32,000 nucleotides of DNA from Candidatus Saccharimonadota bacterium. GTDB taxonomy: Bacteria > Patescibacteriota > Gracilibacteria > UBA1369 > 2-02-FULL-48-14. Below, one piece after another: positions 1 through 8,006 of the stretch. How positions within the stretch are numbered: position 1 is the stretch's first letter; every line of letters starts with the position of its first letter. The position numbers and the translations under genes are program-made. Where the stretch lies: positions 450,001-482,000 of the forward strand of contig OZ246396.1 of assembly GCA_965230905.1 (NCBI GenBank). Direction: 5' to 3'. The notes under the pieces were generated by a model that was not told the origin of the DNA, did not search any database, and worked only from the letters and a program-made list of their open reading frames with translations.

Positions 1-53
1 AAGCCTAGAAAACTGATAATATAATTCATGGTGACTAAAACAGTATCTTTCAT
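1..53 (-). CDS. N-terminal fragment of an unidentified gene running off the left edge
   Basis: ATG at 53-51 on the minus strand, 23 nt downstream of the guaA stop. The frame stays open to position 1 (MKDTVLVTMNYIISFLG...). Only 17 codons are visible, so no family call is possible. Confidence 0.2.
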   Translation of the reverse strand, partial: MKDTVLVTMNYIISFLG

Positions 54-76
54 GGCGAAGGGTTAGGGGGCGGAGT

Positions 77-1897
77 TTATTCCCACTCTATGGTAGCGGG
101 TGGTTTGTTGGTGACGTCGTAGAAGACGCCGGAGATTTGTGAATCCTGAAGGAGGGCGCCGGTGAGGAGGGCGAGGGAATCCATGGGAAGCTGGGCGAAG
201 TGGGCGGTCATGGCTTCTTCGGACACAATCGGACGAAGCACGAGGGATTCTTTGCCCGGCGCGTTTATGGAAAGAGGCAGGAGCACGGTGGGCATTTGCC
301 AAACGGCGCGGTCTTGGCCGATTTCTTTGAGCCATGTCATGGCCAGAAGATCAGCGGTTTGCAGGGTTTTGATGCGGGCTGGGTTGAGGTCGCCGGGAGT
401 AATGGAAAGCTGGGTGATGGCTTGCGGCGCGAAGGTGTAAAGTACGCGATTGATTTCGGGAAAACGGTTGGTGAGCGCTGGCGCGAGTAGCACCAGTTGT
501 TCCCATGTAGTTGCTCCAGTAAGCGCGAGAGGGTGGCGGTAGGTGCGGAAATCACCCTGAACACCTACAGATTTGAGCGGGAGAATGTGGGCGCTGAGAG
601 CGCTGCCTTTTTCTTGAAGGAAGTCGTTGATTTTTTCTTGGAGGGCCTCGTGGTTTTCGGGCCAATCTTCTGTGCGCGCGCACAGAATGCGCACCGCGAG
701 ACCTGGACCTGGGAAAGGGTGACGCCAGACCAGCGAAGGCGGCAGCCCGAGTTTTTCGCCGACTTCACGAACCTCGTCTTTATATAAATCTTTGAGCGGT
801 TCCAGCACGCGGCCCTGTTTGATGAGTGCCTCAATTTCCGGCACACGGTTGTGGTGCGTTTTGATCTTGGCAGAATTTTTGGTGCCGCCGGATTCGATGG
901 TGTCCGGGTAAATGGTTCCTTGGCCGAGCATCCAGTGATCCGGATTCAGGCCGAGTTTCTCTGCCACTTTCTTTTGGATTTCTAAGAAAACGCGTCCGAT
1001 GATTTCTCGTTTCTTTTCAGGTTCATAGACGCCTGCAAGGGCCTCGGTGAACTCAGCGCTGCCTTCATAGACGTGGAGGTTTTGGATGCCTTCGTCGCGC
1101 AGGGCTTTTTCCACTTGTTCACGTTCGCCGGCGCGCATGAAGCCCGTGTCTACAAAGAGTCCATAGACACGCTCGGGGCCCAGGGCTTTTACGAGCAAAA
1201 CAAAGGCCACGGTGCTGTCCACTCCGCCGCTGATGAGCATGAACACATTGCGGTCCGCCACGAGTCTTTGCGTTTCGCTCACGCTGTAATCTATAAAATT
1301 GCCCAAGTCCCAGTCGCGTTCAATGCCGCAGAGGTCGAGGAAGTTGGAGTAAATTTTCGTGCCTTTTTCACTGTGGGTCACTTCGGGATGGAATTGGAGT
1401 CCATAAAAATTGCGGCTCACATCTCCCACGGCCGAGTACTTATCGTCTGCAGAAGAGGCGAGGATTTCAAAACCTTCGGGGAGGCGGGTCACGCGGTCGC
1501 CATGGCTCATCCAGACCTGGGTTTTGTCGCCGGGTTCAAAGCCCGCAAAAAGGCCTTCGTTTTTTTGAATAGTGATTTCGGCTTTTCCAAATTCGCGGCC
1601 CTGGCCTTCGCCGGGTTCCACGGTGCCTCCGAGCAGATGGGTGAGGAGTTGGTGGCCGTAGCAAACACCAAGCACAGGGATACCGAGCGCAAAAACTTCC
1701 GGGTCCACGGTGGGGCTGCCGGCTTCATAAACCGAAGCGGGGCCGCCGGAAAGAATGATTCCTTTGTAGGCTTTTAAAGCTTCAGCTGACGCTGAAGTAG
1801 GATCTAAAATTTCACTATAAACGCCCAGCCGTCGTATACGCGTGGCAATCAGGTGCGTGTACTGGCTTCCAAAGTCGAGAATGGCGATTTTATTCAT
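77..1897 (-). CDS. guaA: GMP synthase (glutamine-hydrolysing), long form, 606 aa
   Basis: Track ORF 77..1948. GATase motif GVCYGHQLL, ATP-PPase loop SGGVDS, C-terminal KPPATIEWE. Start moved to the ATG at 1897 because MNKIAILDFGSQY is the conserved N-terminus. Confidence 0.93.
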   Translation of the reverse strand: MNKIAILDFGSQYTHLIATRIRRLGVYSEILDPTSASAEALKAYKGIILSGGPASVYEAGSPTVDPEVFALGIPVLGVCYGHQLLTHLLGGTVEPGEGQGREFGKAEITIQKNEGLFAGFEPGDKTQVWMSHGDRVTRLPEGFEILASSADDKYSAVGDVSRNFYGLQFHPEVTHSEKGTKIYSNFLDLCGIERDWDLGNFIDYSVSETQRLVADRNVFMLISGGVDSTVAFVLLVKALGPERVYGLFVDTGFMRAGEREQVEKALRDEGIQNLHVYEGSAEFTEALAGVYEPEKKREIIGRVFLEIQKKVAEKLGLNPDHWMLGQGTIYPDTIESGGTKNSAKIKTHHNRVPEIEALIKQGRVLEPLKDLYKDEVREVGEKLGLPPSLVWRHPFPGPGLAVRILCARTEDWPENHEALQEKINDFLQEKGSALSAHILPLKSVGVQGDFRTYRHPLALTGATTWEQLVLLAPALTNRFPEINRVLYTFAPQAITQLSITPGDLNPARIKTLQTADLLAMTWLKEIGQDRAVWQMPTVLLPLSINAPGKESLVLRPIVSEEAMTAHFAQLPMDSLALLTGALLQDSQISGVFYDVTNKPPATIEWE

Positions 1898-1963
1898 GGG
1901 AGTGAGGCCTGTTGTTTGTAGAATGTCGGAGCAGGCGTTTTTTGGCAAGTGTTTCAGAGTTTT

Positions 1964-2521
1964 TTAGTAATGCCACGCTTGCTGTCTACAAACTTTACCC
2001 GCTTCCATATCGAGCAGGTAAAAAGCGTCTTTCACAATTCCAGCGGAATCATGGCCTTGGCGTTTGATCAAATGAGCTTCCTCATGAATGACCGTACTCA
2101 CCAGCTCACATGGATCCGAAAATGTTAAAGGGTAAACCCCGTAAGACCCGGGGCTAGTCTGGCTTGGCATCTCTATGACAATGCCTGCAATCATGTTGCC
2201 TGGCAGCCGTGACCTCTCACTATTTGGACAAAAGACTTGAGCTTTCCCTAGGTTTTCGCTGAGTTCTTTTTCCAGTTTAAGATTTGCACGGATCCAGCTT
2301 CGCGCTGCTTCGATGCGCTGTAAAGAAAGTTCGTCGCAAGGGACTTTTCTGCTTTCAGTTTTAGCTTCTTTGACACGTTTTTCTGCTTCTAAAAGTAACT
2401 CTAAAATATCCTCATATGAAGGCTGCTTTGTGGAATCATCAGACCGGGCAGGTGCGCAGAGCAAGGTGCTCATCAATAAACTGGTGCCGGTTCGTTCTAA
2501 AAAATTCATACCCATCTGCAA
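1964..2521 (-). CDS. Hypothetical small protein with an N-terminal hydrophobic segment and a single HExxH motif (putative secreted or lipid-anchored zinc metallopeptidase-like)
   Basis: 185-aa ORF. Hydrophobic N-terminus LLMSTLLCAPA, charged helical middle, then VIHEEAHLIKRQGHD near the C-terminus. No family recognised. The start is unresolved: three in-frame ATGs lie at 2521, 2515 and 2509. Confidence 0.5.
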   Translation of the reverse strand: MQMGMNFLERTGTSLLMSTLLCAPARSDDSTKQPSYEDILELLLEAEKRVKEAKTESRKVPCDELSLQRIEAARSWIRANLKLEKELSENLGKAQVFCPNSERSRLPGNMIAGIVIEMPSQTSPGSYGVYPLTFSDPCELVSTVIHEEAHLIKRQGHDSAGIVKDAFYLLDMEAGKVCRQQAWHY

Positions 2522-2565
2522 AGAAAGGTACTATACCATGAATTGTGAGGGCAGCAATAGGCGCC

Positions 2566-4389
2566 CTATTCTTCGGGAAGTGCTTCGTCCGTAGTGGTTT
2601 CTTCGTTCACAATTTCTTCCACTGGCTCAGGAAAGTCACGCAAAACCACCGTGATTTCGCGCGGATTTGGGCTGATGGCGTTGCCGCTTTGGTCGGTGAT
2701 GCCGCGGAGTTGGACGGAATAACGTTCTTCTATTTGGCCGGTCATGCCGGCCGTTGTGATGATGATGGCGGTGCCGTCTACACGAATGTTCGTGATGGCG
2801 AGGGCGTCGGTCACGTCGGCATTGGCGAAGTCGGTGTCGGTGATTTCAAAATTCAGCGGGTCCTGGCCGTGATCCACGTTGAGCGGTTCATTGAATACGA
2901 TGGTGATTTCGTTCATGGCGGTGATCTCGTGGCTCACGATGCGGGGCGGCGTGTTGTCGTCCAGCAGGGTGAAGTTCAAATTGGTGTCAGTGGTGAGGTA
3001 GCTGTCGAAGAAGCCAACGTTTTCGCGCACATCAAAGGTGCTGGAATCCATGCTCATGCCTTGGGGCAGGCGCACCACCACACGGACATGGTCGCCTTCG
3101 GTGCCGGGTTGTTTGTGGAGGTGGAGGTAGTAGGTGCCGTCGCTCCACACGTATTCGGGCAGTTCGTAGGAATAGCTATAAGTCACGGTCTGGCCGGGTT
3201 GGAGTTCCACCATTTCGCCGAGTACGTACACGTCCTCGCGTTCTTCGGTAATCCCACCGTTCACTTCCACATTGGAACCGAGCGGAATCATGGTGCGGAG
3301 GTAACTGGTGTAGGGGCCGCTGAGTGGAATGTTCCAAATGCCTTCGTGAGCCAGGGTCACGGTCACGGTGCCTTTCACCACGGGGTTGCCGAGCACGTCG
3401 GTTTTGCCGGTGACTTCGAGTTCGTATTGAACGTCGCGGGTGATGTAGCGGTTGGATTTCATGCCGCCGTAATTCGCGTCGTTGATGGCGAGGAAGTCGC
3501 CGAGGTCGGACTGGGGCAGGGCGCCGTCCCAACTTCGTTTGTGGAAGGAGCTTTGCATGCCGCTGCGAGTGAAACTTCCGAGCAGATGTTTTTCTTCAAA
3601 GGCGGTAGCGGCCAAGTCGCGGATGGTGAGCAGACGCCAGGGTAAAACAATGCTTTTGAAAATGATTTTTTTGACGATGGGGCTGGTGATGTTTTTGCGG
3701 CTGGCCAGCGCTTCTTCGTTGTGGCGGTCGATGTCGGAAACCACGGACGAAAGGGTTTCAAACAGATTCTCTTCGGTGAGTTCGTAGCCCTCCACGTTCA
3801 AGGGTTCGTAGTAACCCACCAGCTGTTCGAGGAAAGTGAAATCCGCGGCAAAGACGCCGTCCACGCGGGTGTCGGGGTTCGTGAGATTGTAGAATTCAAT
3901 CAGCTCATCGCGGGTGAGGTTGAAATCGGGGTCAAAATTGGCGTCACGGAAAGTGTGGCCCTGGTAGCCTTCGCCATCGAGGAGGGCGCTCAAAATGAGC
4001 GGCGGTTCAACGTAGGGGTGGTCGTCGATTTCGCTGTAGACGTCGTGGAATTCGATGCCGGTGTAAAAGCCGTGTGAAAAGGTCAGCTCGCCGTACGTGG
4101 AAATGAAGCCGCCGGTGGGACGGAGCTCGTAATTGTTTTGAAAAAGCACAATGTAGGTGCGGCTGCCGAAGGGGAAACCGGAAAATCCGGGGTAGCGCCA
4201 GAACATGAATCGGAAGGGACCCATGCAAAGCCACACGAAAAAGAGGGCGATGAGGATGAGCGCGGCGGCCCATTTGAGCACTCGTTTGGGCAGGGATTTT
4301 TTACGCGAGTGCGCGACGGTTTCGGCGCGCTTGTTTTCGTGGAAGCGAGAGGGGACGTAGCCGCTGGTGCCGTAACTGCGCTCGTGCAT
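2566..4389 (-). CDS. DUF4012-type membrane-anchored surface protein with a C-terminal Ig-like domain
   Basis: Basic cytoplasmic tail plus one TM helix (WAAALILIALFFVWLC), then IVLFQNNYELRPTGGFISTYGE, which I recognise as the DUF4012 signature. The last ~100 aa (PPRIVSHEITAMNEITIVFNEPL...VQLRGITDQSGNAISP) resemble an SbsA/Big_5-type Ig-like fold. Confidence 0.7.
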   Translation of the reverse strand: MHERSYGTSGYVPSRFHENKRAETVAHSRKKSLPKRVLKWAAALILIALFFVWLCMGPFRFMFWRYPGFSGFPFGSRTYIVLFQNNYELRPTGGFISTYGELTFSHGFYTGIEFHDVYSEIDDHPYVEPPLILSALLDGEGYQGHTFRDANFDPDFNLTRDELIEFYNLTNPDTRVDGVFAADFTFLEQLVGYYEPLNVEGYELTEENLFETLSSVVSDIDRHNEEALASRKNITSPIVKKIIFKSIVLPWRLLTIRDLAATAFEEKHLLGSFTRSGMQSSFHKRSWDGALPQSDLGDFLAINDANYGGMKSNRYITRDVQYELEVTGKTDVLGNPVVKGTVTVTLAHEGIWNIPLSGPYTSYLRTMIPLGSNVEVNGGITEEREDVYVLGEMVELQPGQTVTYSYSYELPEYVWSDGTYYLHLHKQPGTEGDHVRVVVRLPQGMSMDSSTFDVRENVGFFDSYLTTDTNLNFTLLDDNTPPRIVSHEITAMNEITIVFNEPLNVDHGQDPLNFEITDTDFANADVTDALAITNIRVDGTAIIITTAGMTGQIEERYSVQLRGITDQSGNAISPNPREITVVLRDFPEPVEEIVNEETTTDEALPEE

Positions 4390-4514
4390 GAGGTAAATTT
4401 AACTTTGGCCACATCATAGAGGGGCGGGGCGGGCTACGCAAGAAAGCATTTGTGCAAAACTAATTTGGCCGATGCAAAGAATTCAGAATTAATTCAGGAA
4501 TCGTTCAGGACTTT

Positions 4515-4721
4515 TTGTTTATAGTGAGAATAGCCCAGCGCACATTCTGCAAGTTCGGTACTGCGTGCAGCTTCGCTGTACTACGTGCAACTTCGCTGTC
4601 GGAAAAGTCTAACCTGGAAATTCCTGCCCGGGCAAAGATTTTACAGAGTAAAACTTACTATTTTAGTATCTCAAATGGTTACAAAATATCCACCCGTTCA
4701 TCCCGGCAAAATTCTCCTTGA
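4515..4721 (+). pseudogene. Possible degraded higB-like toxin relic upstream of higA
   Basis: 68-codon frame with a TTG start that overlaps the higA start by 47 nt. It weakly resembles HigB/killer-protein motif order (IVRIAQRTFCKF near the N-terminus; IPARAKILQSKTYYFSISNGYKISTR versus the usual PGxRLExLxGDRxGQYSIRINDQYRICFR). It is about 25 aa too short and lacks the C-terminal strand. It contains the 20-bp tandem repeat. Confidence 0.2.
4558..4597. repeat. Two tandem copies of a 20-bp unit (GTACTGCGTGCAGCTTCGCT / GTACTACGTGCAACTTCGCT)
   Basis: Read directly from the sequence. 18 of 20 positions are identical, and both differences are G to A. It lies ~80 nt upstream of the higA start. Confidence 0.9.
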
Positions 4722-4944
4722 AGAGTTCATTCTATGTTTTCGACTCACAGAGGCACAGCTGGCCAGAAGTCTTGGGATTCCTAGGAGGCGCATCAATGAA
4801 ATTGTGCTTAAAAGAAGAGGCATTAGTGCAGATACTGCCGTTCGCCTCGCCCTGTACTTTGGGAACTCTGCTGAGTTTTGGATGGAATTGCAGATGCGCT
4901 ACGAACTGGAAAAAGCTAAGCGGAAGTTGAGAGGACACCTATAA
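4675..4944 (+). CDS. higA: HigA-family antitoxin / XRE-type HTH protein (COG3093-like), 89 aa
   Basis: YPPVHPGKILLEEF...LTEAQLARSLGIPRRRINEIVLKRRGISADTAVRLALYFGNSAEFWMELQMRYELE matches the HigA/VapI pattern almost motif for motif. Start placed at the ATG at 4675 inside track ORF 4585..4944. Confidence 0.85.
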   Translation: MVTKYPPVHPGKILLEEFILCFRLTEAQLARSLGIPRRRINEIVLKRRGISADTAVRLALYFGNSAEFWMELQMRYELEKAKRKLRGHL

Positions 4945-4951
4945 AAATTTT

Positions 4952-4971
4952 CCCCGCCATCTCTGGCGGGG
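4952..4971. terminator. GC-rich hairpin between the convergent higA and lysRS genes
   Basis: CCCCGCCA-tctc-TGGCGGGG is an 8-bp perfect stem. An A/T-rich run (ATAAAAATTT) flanks it on the left. There is no clean T-tract on the plus strand, so its function as a terminator is uncertain. Confidence 0.4.
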
Positions 4972-5032
4972 TCGTGGGAGAATCCCCAAAAGTGTTTCTA
5001 TTCTAACAAATCTACGGTTCGCGTTAAGCATT

Positions 5033-7336
5033 TTACCCCAGCACACTCCGCTCGCCCACGGTCCCTCCACAGACTTCCTGAACCAGTGCCACGAGTTCCT
5101 CGATGCAAGCCTTGAAGTCGGCGGCAGAAACAAGGGGTGCGGCGTCCAAGTTGAGATAAAGGTCGGTCACGTCTGGAGTGATTTTAGTTTGGTCGGCGTC
5201 GAGGTGGTTGAAGTCGCGTGCCATGCAAAGATCAGAGGAATCGAAGTAGCAGAGTTCGCCTTCGTCGAGGGTGCGTTCCTTGTCGCCGAGCCCTTGGAAG
5301 CGTTCGCCTTTGCGAGCGAAGCGCAGAGTCACGGGAGCTTTGAAAGCGGCAGCGTTGAACGCGCCGGCGGAAATTTGGTGTTTGATGCAGAGGTAATTGT
5401 ACGAATCCACGAGGTCGTTCACACGAGGGAAATCTTTTCCTTTGGCGAGGCGATCCACGAGCATGACAGGCGAGGGTTTGTTCTTGTTGGGGTTCGCACC
5501 AAAGTCACGGTACATCTGCTCGAAGGCTTCGAGGCGGGGGCTATCTTTCACTTCTTCCCAGTTGCGGCCCTGTACGAGCGCGGCGATTTTCTCTGTGAGG
5601 AGGGCGTGCTGCGTGCCAATGCGGACGCCGGTGAGATGAATCCAGGCGCTTTTTATGCCCGGGAATTTTTTGAGCACGGCGGATTCCACGTGGAGTGCAG
5701 CGGATTCGAAGGGCGGAATGATTTCTTCTTTGGGCGCTTCGGAGGCAGCGGCGGCTTCCATTTGGGCGATGACAAAGTCGCGGTCGAGCGCTTCCAAAAA
5801 CCAACCCACCTGTGGACCGAATTCCTTGCCCATGAGGGTTTGGTAGATGGCTGGGAAGGCTTCCGCAGGTTTGAGGCCCGAGTCTTTTACGAGTGCGTGG
5901 ATTTTGCCGTGAATTTCTTCACCGGTGAGCGGACCTTCGCGCAGAATGGCGGCGACGTTTTTTAGGAAAGTTTTTTGAACGGGGCTGAGAGCGCGAGCGG
6001 CATCAGGAAGCTCGGGAAGGATTTTGTAGAGATAACGTTCCGGCGCAAAGTTTTCAAGCCAAGTTTTGATGTAATGGAGGCGTGTTTGAATCTCGGCGCT
6101 GTCGAGTTCCGTGAGCGCCGCACCTTTGTCTTTGGCCACCATTTCTTCCACATCCACGTGGGGGATCTGGCTCCAGAAAACGAGTTTGCTGAAACGAGGT
6201 AAGTAATGTTCCTGCGCTTTCTCGGGGTCGAGTTGTGCGTAGAAGAACATGCGATCCAAATCTGGATTTGTTTTTTCTGCTTCGGGGAGGAAGTAGTGGC
6301 GGGCGGCTTCGTCGTAACGGTCAAAGAGGCGAGGAATGGTTTCGCCGTCGGGACTGAATTCAATGGGCTGATTGGGCTCCTTCATGATCATGAGGAAGCG
6401 AAAGACTTCTGGGGGAAGCAGATCCGTGACCGCTTTGGCGGATGCGGCGTTTCCTTTGGACGAGCTCATTTTGGCGCCTTCAAACAGGAAGAACTCATAA
6501 GGAATGTCGTAGGGCACGTGCGTTTTCAGCACTTCTTCAATAATGGCCTCCGCAACGTCGTGCGAGCCGCTGGCGGCCGCGTGATCTTTACCGGCGCCTT
6601 CGATGTCCACTTTGTAGGAAGCCCATTTCACCGGCCATTCCACTTTCCAAGGCAGTTTTCCGCGACCTTTCCACGGTGCGACTTTTCCTTGATGTCCACA
6701 GCCTTGTGCCCATTCCACTTTGTCTTTTTCGCAGCGGTAAGTGGCGAGTTCACCGTCAAAATCAATCACGGTGGTGGAGCCGATTTTCCCACACTCCTCA
6801 CAAATGATTTGCAGAGGCATCCAGTCTTCCGGTTTGTCCGAGTTGGAGATGCGTTTGTAGATGGCACGGATTTCTTTGGGGTATTTGAGCGCCACACGAA
6901 TCCAGTCGTCGTAAAAACCTTGTTGATAAAGCTGATAAGCCCAGGTGATTTCCGGCTGGAAACCCAGGTCGTGAATCACTTTCAAAAATTCCAGTCCGTA
7001 GTATTCGGCGAGGTTGTTGGCGTGCATGCCTTGGTATTCGCGGTCAGCAGGGGTGGGCACATCGTGGAGCGGTTTCCCCATGTGAGGCGCGTAGGCCACG
7101 GCATCGAGGGCGGCGGGCATGCCGTCCATGGGGTCGGCGTCGTTGAATTCGTAAATGAAGCGGGCTTTTCGTCCGCGGAGGCGCAGCGCTTCGGCAATTA
7201 CGCCGTGAATCACCACTCCGCGCAAAGACCCCACGTGAACCTGGCCGGACAGCGTTTTTTCGTCGCGCACAATCAGCTCTTCTTTGTCGGGAAAAGTTTT
7301 TAAAATATCGTCGGCAATCCGGTCAATCCAAAACAT
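5033..7336 (-). CDS. lysK: Class I lysine--tRNA ligase fused to a C-terminal B3/4-like domain (767 aa)
   Basis: The N-terminal ~527 aa carry LSGQVHVGSLRG (HIGH-type), KMSSSKG (KMSKS) and the Cys cluster CEECGK...CEKD, typical of archaeal-type LysRS. An Ala/Glu/Pro linker follows. Aa ~546-767 carry RVNDLVDSYNYLCIKHQISAGAFN...VTLRFARKGERFQGLG...ADQTKITPDVTDLYLNLDA, which is B3/4-domain motif order. Confidence 0.9.
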   Translation of the reverse strand: MFWIDRIADDILKTFPDKEELIVRDEKTLSGQVHVGSLRGVVIHGVIAEALRLRGRKARFIYEFNDADPMDGMPAALDAVAYAPHMGKPLHDVPTPADREYQGMHANNLAEYYGLEFLKVIHDLGFQPEITWAYQLYQQGFYDDWIRVALKYPKEIRAIYKRISNSDKPEDWMPLQIICEECGKIGSTTVIDFDGELATYRCEKDKVEWAQGCGHQGKVAPWKGRGKLPWKVEWPVKWASYKVDIEGAGKDHAAASGSHDVAEAIIEEVLKTHVPYDIPYEFFLFEGAKMSSSKGNAASAKAVTDLLPPEVFRFLMIMKEPNQPIEFSPDGETIPRLFDRYDEAARHYFLPEAEKTNPDLDRMFFYAQLDPEKAQEHYLPRFSKLVFWSQIPHVDVEEMVAKDKGAALTELDSAEIQTRLHYIKTWLENFAPERYLYKILPELPDAARALSPVQKTFLKNVAAILREGPLTGEEIHGKIHALVKDSGLKPAEAFPAIYQTLMGKEFGPQVGWFLEALDRDFVIAQMEAAAASEAPKEEIIPPFESAALHVESAVLKKFPGIKSAWIHLTGVRIGTQHALLTEKIAALVQGRNWEEVKDSPRLEAFEQMYRDFGANPNKNKPSPVMLVDRLAKGKDFPRVNDLVDSYNYLCIKHQISAGAFNAAAFKAPVTLRFARKGERFQGLGDKERTLDEGELCYFDSSDLCMARDFNHLDADQTKITPDVTDLYLNLDAAPLVSAADFKACIEELVALVQEVCGGTVGERSVLG

Positions 7337-7367
7337 AAGTGTGCGAATTATAGCCAGAGGCTTCTCT

Positions 7368-7396
7368 AAAGGGAAGACCGGATTCGACTTCCCTTT
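7368..7396. promoter_or_regulatory. Perfect 9-bp inverted repeat (AAAGGGAAG-N11-CTTCCCTTT) in the divergent lysRS / hypothetical-gene intergenic region
   Basis: Read directly. Each arm lies 17 nt upstream of a TATAAT box, one per strand (7411-7416 on plus; 7347-7352 on minus). The arms therefore occupy both -35 positions. Confidence 0.5.
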
Positions 7397-7434
7397 AATT
7401 GACAGAAAGCTATAATGGACGCTTAACTTCTATT

Positions 7435-7977
7435 ATGGCATCGCACGCGGCTGGACCTAATCTTCGTTTGATACTGCCTGACTGTCCTCCAGGTGAATTG
7501 GTGACCATTGAAAGGCCCGATCAAGAAGGGGGTATGACAAGCATAGATTTAATGCTTCCCCAGCGCGACGTCATTGCTACGGTGTTTTTTGCGGGGAGGG
7601 AAACTTTTGTTTTTTGGGGTGGTAAAAAAATGGCCAGTCTTATGAAACGTGGAGAGCCGTTTCCTCTATTTACGGAGCTCACGCTTTGTTTAGATCCCTC
7701 CAACAATTTGACGCTGAACAATGCCTTCGATAAATCCATAGAGTATTCACACCGAAAACCCTCAGGCGCGGAGCTGGCTGTCACCCGTGAGATACAGTAT
7801 CCAAGCGATCTTACGCAAGATTTGCCGAGCAAGCGACGCATGGTTCATGCTACTGTTTTTTTGGCTTTGGGCGCGGCTTTAGGCCTGGGAGCGGCAACGA
7901 TTGTTGATGCTTACGGGGATGATTTTGGCGCTGCCGTGCTGGCTAAACTGGCCGAGCTGGAACGTCAGTTGCCTTAA
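7435..7977 (+). CDS. Hypothetical tail-anchored protein, paralog 1 (180 aa)
   Basis: Track ORF 7399..7977 starts at TTG. The ATG at 7435 is preferred because its start context matches the next gene. There is a single C-terminal hydrophobic helix (VFLALGAALGLGAATIV). No family recognised. Confidence 0.55.
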   Translation: MASHAAGPNLRLILPDCPPGELVTIERPDQEGGMTSIDLMLPQRDVIATVFFAGRETFVFWGGKKMASLMKRGEPFPLFTELTLCLDPSNNLTLNNAFDKSIEYSHRKPSGAELAVTREIQYPSDLTQDLPSKRRMVHATVFLALGAALGLGAATIVDAYGDDFGAAVLAKLAELERQLP

Positions 7978-8006
7978 AAAAACTTTGTAGTAGAGTTAAT
8001 TCTATT

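Noticed and set aside
63-335. 90-aa Arg/Pro-rich ORF, and other short ORFs overlapping guaA in alternative frames.
   Set aside because: It is an out-of-frame overlap with a confidently identified gene. The composition (RPRPRR...) is typical of off-frame translation of GC-rich coding DNA.
2545-3645. 366-aa plus-strand ORF antisense to the DUF4012 gene. Similar long shadows lie at 1073..1777, 5189..5965, 6206..7303, 8783..9655, 13924..14889, 20983..21597, 24731..25276, 28313..29221 and 30035..30646.
   Set aside because: Each lies entirely opposite a gene with clear family motifs. Their translations are low-complexity (G/V/A/H/F-rich) with no recognisable motifs. They are explained by the core genes avoiding TTA, CTA and TCA codons, which removes stops from the antisense frame.
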